Notes: generated from the sequence alone by a model not told the origin. A stretch of DNA of 64,000 bases from an uncultured Bacilli bacterium (GCA_944331865.1 CALVIZ010000001.1:18766-82765), one strand, 5' to 3'. Shown: positions 19,828 through 29,031, counted from the first letter of the stretch. Translations and numbers: made by a program.

Positions 19828-20871
19828 TTATTTCTTTTTATGTTCAAATAATATATCTGTATTTAAAACTACAAATAATAATAAAATCATTAAAATAACA
19901 TATATAGCAATAGCTATTTGATTATCTCCTAAAACATAAAATATTGATATTGCTGCAAAAGCTATATCTATTGCATAAATAATTAAAATACTTTTAGTAG
20001 GACTATATTTCATTTTAAGAAGTTGATGATGAAAATGTTCTTTATCAGCAACTCCAATATTTTGTCCTTTTAAAAGTCTTCTAAATATTGCAAAAATTGT
20101 ATCAAATATTGGAATAGCTAAAATAATTATTGGCACTATTAATGATGTAAAAGTAGTTACTTTATAACCAAGTAATGCAATAATTGATATCATAAAACCT
20201 AGAAACAAACTACCAGTATCTCCCATAAATATTTTTGCTGGAGGAAAATTATGAAACAAAAAGCCTAAGGTAGATCCTAACATTATTAAAGAAATTATAA
20301 CATCTAAACCCCCAATACGATTTAATATAAATGCAATTATAGCAATTGTTAAAAAGTATATTGAACTAATACCAGCCGCTAAACCATCTAAACCATCAAT
20401 TAAATTTATAGCATTTGTTATTGCTACAATAAATATAATTGAACAAAGTGAGCCAAAAAAAGCATTAAAATGAATGTTATAACCTAATAAAGACACTTCT
20501 GAAAAAGATAAATTACCATATAAAACCACTATTGTAGCAGCAATAATTTGAACAATTAATTTATATCTTGCTTTAACGGATTTTATATCATCTACAATCC
20601 CCACTAAAATGAGTAAAAAACTGCCAATTAAAATAGATAACATTTGAGTACTTACTTCCCCATATAAAATATAACCGAGTAAAAATGCTAGATAAATCGC
20701 TAAGCCCCCTAGTCTTGGCATAGGAACCTTATGTATTTTTCTTGCATTAGGTTCATCCATAGCATTAATATGTATTGCTACTTTTTTAACAATTGGAACT
20801 AATATTAAACTTGTTATAAAAGTTACTATTACTATAATAAATACATTATGTTCATTTACAACTAAATTCAT
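19828..20871 (-). CDS. tagO: MraY/WecA-family polyprenyl-phosphate HexNAc-1-phosphate transferase (TagO-like initiator)
   Basis: 347 aa, polytopic. 'NAINLIDGLDGLAAG' and 'FMGDTGSLFLGF' motifs. Confidence 0.8.
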   Translation of the reverse strand: MNLVVNEHNVFIIVIVTFITSLILVPIVKKVAIHINAMDEPNARKIHKVPMPRLGGLAIYLAFLLGYILYGEVSTQMLSILIGSFLLILVGIVDDIKSVKARYKLIVQIIAATIVVLYGNLSFSEVSLLGYNIHFNAFFGSLCSIIFIVAITNAINLIDGLDGLAAGISSIYFLTIAIIAFILNRIGGLDVIISLIMLGSTLGFLFHNFPPAKIFMGDTGSLFLGFMISIIALLGYKVTTFTSLIVPIIILAIPIFDTIFAIFRRLLKGQNIGVADKEHFHHQLLKMKYSPTKSILIIYAIDIAFAAISIFYVLGDNQIAIAIYVILMILLLFVVLNTDILFEHKKK

Positions 20872-20951
20872 ATTTATTTCTCCTAGTAATATTATTATAA
20901 CTTAAAAAAAACGAAAATAAAAGAAATATATTTATTTTTTCTTTTTTACGA

Positions 20952-21872
20952 TTAAATATCTAATTCCTTTGCATATTTAAAATCAATAATTTCCCCATCT
21001 TTAGTTTTAATCCAACCAATAAAAGCATGTGACCAATCAGTTAATTCATTAGCACTCATACCTTTAAAATTATTTATTATTTTATTTAATACATTTATCT
21101 CTTGTTCATTGAAATTATACAAATCCGCTTTTTGAAGAGGAACAAATAACATAGAATTATCTATAAAAGATGATTCTAATTTAATATAATCTTGTTTTAT
21201 TAATAAATTAATTAAAGCATCTTGATCATTAACAATAGGTCCATATGTAGCATGAGCATATTTAAACTCACTTATAGATTTGTTAAATAATTTATAATTT
21301 AAAAAATCAATTGCAAAGAGATATTTCATTAATTGAGTTCTATTTAACTTAACCTTATTTAAAATATATAAAATAACATTAATACTTTTAAAATCAATTT
21401 CAACATTTATTCTATTTAAAATCTTATAATATTTTTCTTTAGTTAAATTATTATTATTTTTTAAAATACTATAAATATTACTTTTATTATTTAGCAAAGA
21501 AATATAAGTATCTAAATATTCTTTTTGAGGAAGTGACTTTCCATTTTCATATCTATTTATTGTCTTTTTACTCCAACCTAAAGCTTCCGCAAATAACTCT
21601 TGTGATAAATTTAATGTCTCTCTAATTTCTTTTAATTTTTCAAAACTTAAGCCAAATAAATTTAAATAAGCAATATAACCTTTTTGTAGATGTTCATCTA
21701 TATCTTCATAATTATATTCAGTTCCACAATTAGAACAAATAAAAACTAAGTCATCGAGAACAACTTTTCTACCATGAATAATATATGTAGTTTTTTCTTT
21801 TTTTATTTTTCCATATACTTTTTTATTACATTCAAAACAATACATCTTTTCCATTTTATCAGATCCTTTCAT
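20952..21872 (-). CDS. antitoxin: MqsA-like zinc-ribbon + XRE HTH fused to a C-terminal DUF4065/Panacea (SocA-like) domain
   Basis: 306 aa. 'CFECNKK..(27 aa)..CSNCGTEY' (2x CxxC), HTH 'LSQELFAEALGWSKKTINRYENGKSLP', then 'QLMKYLFAIDFLNYKLF...YAHATYGPIVND', which looks like DUF4065. Confidence 0.65.
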   Translation of the reverse strand: MKGSDKMEKMYCFECNKKVYGKIKKEKTTYIIHGRKVVLDDLVFICSNCGTEYNYEDIDEHLQKGYIAYLNLFGLSFEKLKEIRETLNLSQELFAEALGWSKKTINRYENGKSLPQKEYLDTYISLLNNKSNIYSILKNNNNLTKEKYYKILNRINVEIDFKSINVILYILNKVKLNRTQLMKYLFAIDFLNYKLFNKSISEFKYAHATYGPIVNDQDALINLLIKQDYIKLESSFIDNSMLFVPLQKADLYNFNEQEINVLNKIINNFKGMSANELTDWSHAFIGWIKTKDGEIIDFKYAKELDI

Positions 21873-21874
21873 AA

Positions 21875-22234
21875 CTAATAATTACTTTCATGAAACGATA
21901 AACAAATTACCTTATTTCTATATGTTAATTTTATATATACTTTCTTTTTATTAATAATTTTAATAAATTCATATATTTCTGAATTATTATCTCTTCTTTT
22001 ATCATAATCAAAACTTATTTTAAAACATTCATTAGAATCTAAATCAAGTACATAATTCCAAATATCTTCTATCTTCATAATACCTATATCAAATAATTCT
22101 TGTAAAGCATTTTTCACTTTGCCATTTACTTTTACTTTTCTATAATTAATAAATTTACAATTACCCTTTTTTATTTCTGTTTTACATAATTTTAAAAATA
22201 TCTCTACTGCATTTTTATCCAAAGTTGTTAACAT
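21875..22234 (-). CDS. MqsR-family toxin (mRNA interferase-like)
   Basis: 119 aa. The C-terminus 'VYIKLTYRNKVICLSFHES' parallels E. coli MqsR '...VYLKITVIHDVLIVSFKEK'. The toxin-first gene order with a 2-nt gap to the antitoxin matches mqsRA. Confidence 0.6.
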   Translation of the reverse strand: MLTTLDKNAVEIFLKLCKTEIKKGNCKFINYRKVKVNGKVKNALQELFDIGIMKIEDIWNYVLDLDSNECFKISFDYDKRRDNNSEIYEFIKIINKKKVYIKLTYRNKVICLSFHESNY

Positions 22235-22334
22235 TTACCCCTCCTCTTTATAAAGTAATTAAATTATATCAAAAAGCATTGTTGGTGTCAATTGTCGCCA
22301 TAATAAGTCCATATAAAAATAAGCACTTAAGTGC

Positions 22335-24950
22335 CTATTCATCTTTAAATAACTTCGTAATAATTGGTTTAAATAATTCTAAAACAATAAAAGATATTAA
22401 ATTAACTAATATTACAAATATAAACTGTGAAATATTAATAATTTTTAAACCAAACAATTTACCAACTGGAGTAAAGAAAACAATCATTTGGACTATAAAC
22501 AAAACAAATATTCCTAAATTTAAGTATTTATTAGAAAATATACCCTTTTCTATAATAGGATCTTTTAAACTACGACAGTTATAAGCAAACACAAATTCAT
22601 TTAAAACAATACTAAACAGTGCTAATGTTTGAGCAACATCTGTCCCAATATTTTCAAATAAGAAATAAACAAGTATACTAATTCCTGCTTCAAGTATAAC
22701 TGAAAATATTAAAAAAGCCATAAAAAATGGTGAAAAAATTCGTTTATTTAAACCATTTGGTTTTTTCTTCATATTATTTTTAGATGGTCCTTCAAAAGCT
22801 AAAGCAATTGATGGAATAGTATCAGCAACCAAATCAATATATAAAACATGTATTGCAGAAATTATATTTGCCCCCATAAACATACCTAATAAAATAATAA
22901 CAATTTCTGTAAAGTTACTTGATAAATTATATAATACATTTGTTATAACATTATCATAAATTCTTCTACCTTCAGCAACTGCAGTCGTAATAGTAGCATA
23001 AGAATCATCTAATAAAACAATATCAGCAACATCTTTAGTTACATCAGTACCACTTTTACCCATACCAATTCCAACATTAGCTAACTTCATTGCTGGAGCA
23101 TCATTTACACCATCCCCAGTCATTGCCACAACTTTTTTTCTACTTTGTAAAGCCTTAACAATTTGTAACTTATTTTCAGGACTAACTCTAGCAAAAACTG
23201 AATATTTATCTAAATATTCTAATAATTCTGATTTTTTTAATCCTTTTAACTCTGTTGCATTAACTCCTTCAATATCTTTAGTAATTATGCCTACTTCTTT
23301 ACCTATTGCAATAGCCGTTTCTAAATTATCTCCAGTAAGCATTATTGGTCGAATTCCAGCTTCTTTACAAGCCATTATTGCTTCTTTAACATTTTTTCTA
23401 GCAGGATCTTTTAAACCTACTAAACCCACTAATATTAAATCATTTTCTTCTTTAAAATAATCAATTTCTTTTTCATAATTTACTTTTACTTCTTTATAAG
23501 CAAAAGCTAATACTTTTAATGCTTTACTTGATAATTCCTTTTCAATAATTTGATAACTATTTTTTATTTCCTTAGTTATTTTTTCTTTTTTACCATCTAT
23601 TAATATATATTTACATCTACCAATTAAATTTTCTAAACTACCTTTTGTATATATTACTTTCTTTTTATTTATTTCATATATTTTACTCATTAATTTACGA
23701 TTTGAATCAAAAGGTAATTCTATTACTTCATTACTGTTTTTCTTTATTTGATTAATATCTATTTTATTATTTTTTAAAAAATTACTTATAGCAACTTCTA
23801 TACTATCTCCTATAAATTTATCTTTATCAAATTCAGCATTATTACAAAAAATCATAATGTTGATAAGTTCTTCATTATTAACTATATCTTTTAAATTTAT
23901 CAATTTATTATTAACATATATTTTAAGTACTTCCATTTGATTAGTTGTAAGAGTTCCTGTTTTATCAGTACATATTACTTGTGTAGCTCCTAAAGTTTCT
24001 ATCGCTGCTAAATTTCTAACTATAGATTTCTTCTTAGCCATTTCACTAACTCCAATAGATAAAGTAGCAGTAATAGCAATAGGTAAACATTCTGGTACAC
24101 TAGCAACAATCATTGAAATACATAACATAAATACATTTAATAAAGTATAATCCATTATTAAACCATAACACATTACAAATGCTACTAAAAAAGCAGCAAT
24201 AAATGATATAAAAGTAGATATTTTTTTAATCTTTACTTGTAAAGGAGTAATAGGTTCCATTTTAACATCTATACTAGCAGCTATTTTACCAAGCTCAGTA
24301 TCCATACCTATATCCACAACTATTGCTTCTACCTTTCCAGCAGTTAAAACAGTACCAGAATATAACATATTTTTCCGTTCAGCGATACTTAATTCTCCAT
24401 TTAAAACTTCATCTGTTTTATCAACATTTAGGCTTTCACCAGTAAGTATTGCCTCATCACATTTAACAAAATGATTTTCTATGATTCTAGCATCCGCCGG
24501 AACTTTATCCCCCGCTTCTAAAATAATATAATCCCCTTCAACTAAATCTTGAGAATTAATTTCTTTTATTTTACCGTTTCTTTTAACCATTGTATATTCT
24601 GCACTATATTTTTTTAATTTCTCTAAAGCATCTTCAGCTTTAGATTCTTGTAAATATCCCATTATACAATTTATTATAGTAGTACCAAGAATTACAAATG
24701 GTTCTAAATAATCGCCATCACTAAAAATAGCATTAAATAGTGACATTAATCCCACTATTAATAAAAGAATAATCATTACATTTTTAAATTGTTTTAAAAA
24801 AATACTTAATTTACTTTTTTTATTCTTTTCAATTAATATATTTTTTCCCATAATATTTTGTCTTCTAATAACTTCTTTATCACTTAAACCATTTATAGAA
24901 GTATTATATTCTTTAAATATTTCTTCTTTAGTTTTTTTGTAATCTTCCAC
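22335..24950 (-). CDS. P2-type cation-transporting P-type ATPase (Ca2+/Mg2+ class)
   Basis: About 870 aa. 'TGES', 'VPECLP', 'ICTDKTGTLT', 'MTGDGVNDAPAMKLANVGIGMG'. Probable GTG start at 24950 after AAAGGTGA; the track starts at 24959. Confidence 0.85.
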   Translation of the reverse strand: MEDYKKTKEEIFKEYNTSINGLSDKEVIRRQNIMGKNILIEKNKKSKLSIFLKQFKNVMIILLLIVGLMSLFNAIFSDGDYLEPFVILGTTIINCIMGYLQESKAEDALEKLKKYSAEYTMVKRNGKIKEINSQDLVEGDYIILEAGDKVPADARIIENHFVKCDEAILTGESLNVDKTDEVLNGELSIAERKNMLYSGTVLTAGKVEAIVVDIGMDTELGKIAASIDVKMEPITPLQVKIKKISTFISFIAAFLVAFVMCYGLIMDYTLLNVFMLCISMIVASVPECLPIAITATLSIGVSEMAKKKSIVRNLAAIETLGATQVICTDKTGTLTTNQMEVLKIYVNNKLINLKDIVNNEELINIMIFCNNAEFDKDKFIGDSIEVAISNFLKNNKIDINQIKKNSNEVIELPFDSNRKLMSKIYEINKKKVIYTKGSLENLIGRCKYILIDGKKEKITKEIKNSYQIIEKELSSKALKVLAFAYKEVKVNYEKEIDYFKEENDLILVGLVGLKDPARKNVKEAIMACKEAGIRPIMLTGDNLETAIAIGKEVGIITKDIEGVNATELKGLKKSELLEYLDKYSVFARVSPENKLQIVKALQSRKKVVAMTGDGVNDAPAMKLANVGIGMGKSGTDVTKDVADIVLLDDSYATITTAVAEGRRIYDNVITNVLYNLSSNFTEIVIILLGMFMGANIISAIHVLYIDLVADTIPSIALAFEGPSKNNMKKKPNGLNKRIFSPFFMAFLIFSVILEAGISILVYFLFENIGTDVAQTLALFSIVLNEFVFAYNCRSLKDPIIEKGIFSNKYLNLGIFVLFIVQMIVFFTPVGKLFGLKIINISQFIFVILVNLISFIVLELFKPIITKLFKDE

Positions 24951-25036
24951 TAGTATCACCTTTTATATTTTAACAAATTATATTTTTAAAGTCTATTAAT
25001 TTATTTCATTCATTATATTTTAAAAAAGCACAAAAA

Positions 25037-25063
25037 TGCACAATATTTTGAGAATATTGTGCA
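25037..25063. terminator. bidirectional hairpin terminator between the Fic remnant and the ATPase promoter region
   Basis: TGCACAATATT-5 nt-AATATTGTGCA with T-rich runs on both sides. A second palindrome, TGCACAAT-c-ATTGTGCA, lies at 25089-25105. Confidence 0.55.
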
Positions 25064-25108
25064 TTTTGCCATTTTTTAATACCCCTTTTGCACAATCATT
25101 GTGCATTT

Positions 25109-25860
25109 TTAAAAATTATCTTTTCCTACAAACACATTGTAAATTTCATTATATCTATAACCTAGTTTAATATGGTTTGAATCTTTTACTAAAATTTTTA
25201 AATCAACTAATTTATCAATTAAAGTAGAAACTGTATTTCTAGAAACACCTGATTCGTTTGCTATTTCTTGTTTAGTAAAAACTATTTGGTGCATTATCGC
25301 TGGCATAATTCTAAAAACAGCATTACTTTTTAATATTTCAATTTTTTCCATATCCTTTATATATATTTGTTTAATTCTATTTATCTTAGCAATATAATTA
25401 TCACATTGATCAATTATACATTGTAAAAAGAATTTAATAAAACCACTTATATTCCCATTTCTACTTTCATTTAATAATTTATAATATGTAGGTTTATATA
25501 ATTCTATAATTTCAGATAAAAATAAAATAGGTTCATCATTAGTTAACATAGCTAATTGGATAGAAATTAAAGCCCTTCCAAGTCTTCCATTACCATCTCG
25601 GTAAGCATGAATTGTTTCAAATTGTGAATGCGAAATAGCTAAATTAATAAATATAGGATCAATATAAGCATCATTCATATATTGAAATAAATTATCTAAT
25701 AAAATTGGAACTTCTTCTGGTTCTGGTGGAATAAAAACCGCTTGGTCTATTGTACATCCTTTAGGTCCAATCCAATTTTGAATATTTCTAATTTTTCCAG
25801 GTTCTTTTTCATTACCCTGCGTACAAATTGCATTATAGCATAAAAAAAAATTTTTGTGTA
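25109..25860 (-). pseudogene. 5'-truncated Fic-family gene (Fic core + C-terminal wHTH; Fic_N region missing)
   Basis: Fic motif 'HAYRDGNGRLGR'. The frame stays open upstream of the first Met (..GKIRNIQNWIGPKGCTIDQAVFIPPEPEEVPILLDNLFQY-MNDAY..) and runs into the 3' end of the neighbouring gene without a start or RBS. About 100 N-terminal residues of a typical Fic_N domain are absent. Confidence 0.6.
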
Positions 25861-25871
25861 AGCAAAAATTT

Positions 25872-27287
25872 TTATTTTTTATTCTTATTCTTTTTTTTCT
25901 TATTATTGTCTATGTTATCATAAACTATTTCTTTAGTTTTATTATTTTCTTCTTTTATTATATTCTCATTTTTTTCCTCTTTTACTTCCACAGTATTATT
26001 CTTTATATGTTTTTTCTTCTTACCTTTAGTAACAGCAATTAATATAATAAACATTAAGATAAATACACCAATAAAACCAAATATAATATAAGTGTATAAT
26101 TTATTTTTTTCCATCAATAAATTAATCATTTCGTCATCATATTTTATAGCAGTTTGGTTTTTCTTATCATATTTAAAGAATCCTTCTTCACCAGTTTCAA
26201 CATTTATTCCATAAATAATGGCAAATCTAGAACTTTCACTCACAAAATATGCTGGAATTTGCACTTCATTTATAGTTATTTCTCCACTTTTATAACCATT
26301 TAAAACTTCTTTTGTATCTTTAGGATAAATAGTTATATTTGTAAACTTTAATTCATTATAAACTTTATAACTATTATTTTCTTCATCATATATATATAAA
26401 TTTATATTTCCAGAAGAATCTTTAAGACCTACCAAAACAAAACCGGTAAGTTCACTTTTATATGCTGGAATCTCAAAATCATTAATATTAACGGTAGTTT
26501 CTTGATAAGCATTAACACTTGGTAAATATTCTTTTATTTTAACTACTGTATAATTTTGATTATCTATTGTTACATTTATAGGATTTTCATCTTTTACTTC
26601 TACAGTTAAATTATAAGTTCTTTCACTTCCATTTTGAGCCCTAACAACTATTTGAAAAGTATTAGTTCCTTGGGTTACTTCAACAGTACCTACTCCTGAT
26701 AAATCAGATTTTGAATCATTAACTGCAGCATTTATAGTAATTTCTTTGGTATTTTCAGGAACTACTACACTATAATCAGCAACATCTTTATTAAATTCTG
26801 GAGTTATTTCAAAACCTTCAACTGACAAACTTTTTAAATAATTATCTTTAGAATATGTTGCTTCTAATTCTTCTTGTGTCATAATTTTTACTGTTTTACT
26901 TGATGCACTTAAATTCATTTCACTCATATCTTCATAAGCAAAGGCTTGATAACTTGCCATACTAATTTTAGTATTTCCCTTTTTTAAGGCTTTAAACTTA
27001 AAAGTATAACTTTTACTAGTTACTCCAGCAGAAGAATTAACCATATTTACACCGCCAGCCTCACTTGTTGCACTAATAAGCTGCAAATAATTCTTATCAT
27101 AGTTTAAGTCCATATCCCAACTACCAATTTTAGTTTTACTAGATAAAACAACATTTATTGTAACAGTATTTCCAATTACAACTTGTGATGTACCAGTAAT
27201 TCTAATGGTACCACTTGCAGCATTAACTGAAAAAGGTATTACTAATAAACAAAACAAACTAAAAATTATTTTTTTTAACTTTCCCAT
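25872..27287 (-). CDS. membrane-anchored surface protein: signal peptide + cohesin-like domain + cadherin-like beta-sandwich domain + C-terminal TM and Lys-rich tail
   Basis: 471 aa. 'IRITGTSQVVIGNTVTINVVLSSKTKIGSWDMDLNYDKNYLQLIS' looks like a cohesin. 'LKSLSVEGFEITPEFNKDVADYSVVV...ERTYNLTVEV' looks like a cadherin-like domain. TM helix 'YTYIIFGFIGVFILMFIILIAV'. Strong RBS AAGGAGGA. Confidence 0.6.
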   Translation of the reverse strand: MGKLKKIIFSLFCLLVIPFSVNAASGTIRITGTSQVVIGNTVTINVVLSSKTKIGSWDMDLNYDKNYLQLISATSEAGGVNMVNSSAGVTSKSYTFKFKALKKGNTKISMASYQAFAYEDMSEMNLSASSKTVKIMTQEELEATYSKDNYLKSLSVEGFEITPEFNKDVADYSVVVPENTKEITINAAVNDSKSDLSGVGTVEVTQGTNTFQIVVRAQNGSERTYNLTVEVKDENPINVTIDNQNYTVVKIKEYLPSVNAYQETTVNINDFEIPAYKSELTGFVLVGLKDSSGNINLYIYDEENNSYKVYNELKFTNITIYPKDTKEVLNGYKSGEITINEVQIPAYFVSESSRFAIIYGINVETGEEGFFKYDKKNQTAIKYDDEMINLLMEKNKLYTYIIFGFIGVFILMFIILIAVTKGKKKKHIKNNTVEVKEEKNENIIKEENNKTKEIVYDNIDNNKKKKNKNKK

Positions 27288-27297
27288 TTTATCCTCC

Positions 27298-29031
27298 TTA
27301 TTGAACTATTTTATAAGTGCCTAATATATCTTTTTGAACTTGTAATAAATCAAGAGCATTTATAATACCATCTCCTGATGTATCACCAGCTTCTTTATAT
27401 ACTCCACTTAAAGTATATGTTCCTAGTATATATTTTTGGACTTGTAATAAATCAAGAGCATTTATAATGCCATCTCCTGATGTATCACCACTTATAACAA
27501 TTTGTAATATTTCACTTCCATTTTTATTATTAATTTTAACTTTCATGCCAGTTGTGCTCTTCCCACTAGTTATAATATTACCATCTTTATCCATAACAGT
27601 AACACTATTATAACCTGCAACTGATTCTAAAACTCCTTTAACAGTTGCAATATCGGTATTTACTTCTATCCCTTTAATATAACCACTTTTATATTTATAG
27701 CCACTTGAAGTAACTATTGTATTAATAGATAAATCGCTTAAATTAGAATCAGGAGTTTCTCCAGTTGCTCCACCACTACTATTACTAATTGTTGCATTCA
27801 TATTATTATAAACAGGAATATAAAACACAAAAGATTCATTTAATAAATTACTTTCACTATATGATTTATAAGTAGATGCAGATTCGCTTGATGGACCTTT
27901 TAAATTAGTTTGATATTGATGAATAAATTGATTATTTGAATTTGTAGGAACAACATTAAATTTTTGTAAATATGTATTATATTGACCTTTATCTATATAA
28001 GATGAAGAAATATAACTAGCTCCCCCTTTAATTGCATTATAAACTCCATACCAATTATTATCTTTAGCATATTTTAATCCACAATAAGTAGCCCCATTAG
28101 TTGTAGCACAAGTATCACTTACACCATAATTATAAAAATTATAATAGCCTTCAAATCCTGGATATACACCACTATATAAATTATATAATGATGTTTTTGA
28201 CCCTAATTCTAGTAGTGATCTAGAGGCTAAAAAAACAGGATTAGCATTAACTTCTTTACCGGCATCATTAAATACATTTGCTAAATCTACACTCAAAGCA
28301 AGATGATATTTATAAAATTCTGCTCCAGATATAATTAATTTAATTGTACTAGGATAAATTTCATTAAGATTGTTTGAATATTTTAAATATTCAAATTGAA
28401 ATATATATCTTTCAGACAAAAAGTTTCTAGGATCCATATAATATGCTACAGCTTTTTGACTAGCATTTTTCCATTCACTATCCCAGCCATATGTATTATC
28501 ACAACTTCTATCCATAAATTCTTCATTACTAGTTTGTATATAACTTTTTCCACAAATACTTTCTCTTTCAACAGCATAAGACCAATCAACATTTGTTTGA
28601 ATGGCAACAAATTGCCAATTAGGATGATTTTCTTTTAAAGTACACAATCCCCCCCAATAACTAGATGGAAAACCAGCATCACTCATTTCTTGTTCACAAG
28701 TATTACTAGGTGCAATATCATCAGTGCTATAACTTCTAACAACATCAACATGGTCTCCACAAATATACCCAACATCAATACCATTATAATATGCTTGATA
28801 CCAATCACTATTGCAATTATAATGATTATTAGTGTCTTGATAAGTTTTATCTTCCACTAAAATATAATTGTCTCCTAAATAAGCAATGCCAATATTCTTA
28901 TATTGAGTTCCAGGGCCTGTTCTTATATTACAAGTTGCATTAATATAACCACGAACAGTTTCACTAGCACTTACATCTATCATAAATAAAAATAAAATCA
29001 TACAAAATGTTATAAATTTTATATATTTCAT
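27298..29031 (-). CDS. secreted SH3b + glucosaminidase-like (putative peptidoglycan hydrolase) protein with C-terminal dockerin (two repeats)
   Basis: 577 aa. Signal peptide, then SH3b-like 'INATCNIRTGPGTQYKNIGIAYLGDNYILV'. 'YYMDPRNFL...IFQFEYL' is a motif seen ahead of GH73-type autolysin domains. C-terminal 2x 'GDTSGDGIINALDLLQVQK.ILGTY' forms a dockerin. Confidence 0.6.
   Translation of the reverse strand: MKYIKFITFCMILFLFMIDVSASETVRGYINATCNIRTGPGTQYKNIGIAYLGDNYILVEDKTYQDTNNHYNCNSDWYQAYYNGIDVGYICGDHVDVVRSYSTDDIAPSNTCEQEMSDAGFPSSYWGGLCTLKENHPNWQFVAIQTNVDWSYAVERESICGKSYIQTSNEEFMDRSCDNTYGWDSEWKNASQKAVAYYMDPRNFLSERYIFQFEYLKYSNNLNEIYPSTIKLIISGAEFYKYHLALSVDLANVFNDAGKEVNANPVFLASRSLLELGSKTSLYNLYSGVYPGFEGYYNFYNYGVSDTCATTNGATYCGLKYAKDNNWYGVYNAIKGGASYISSSYIDKGQYNTYLQKFNVVPTNSNNQFIHQYQTNLKGPSSESASTYKSYSESNLLNESFVFYIPVYNNMNATISNSSGGATGETPDSNLSDLSINTIVTSSGYKYKSGYIKGIEVNTDIATVKGVLESVAGYNSVTVMDKDGNIITSGKSTTGMKVKINNKNGSEILQIVISGDTSGDGIINALDLLQVQKYILGTYTLSGVYKEAGDTSGDGIINALDLLQVQKDILGTYKIVQ
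27331..27489. repeat. near-identical 57-nt direct repeat (period 102 nt) encoding the two dockerin segments
   Basis: 27331-27387 versus 27433-27489 differ at 2 of 57 positions. Confidence 0.9.
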
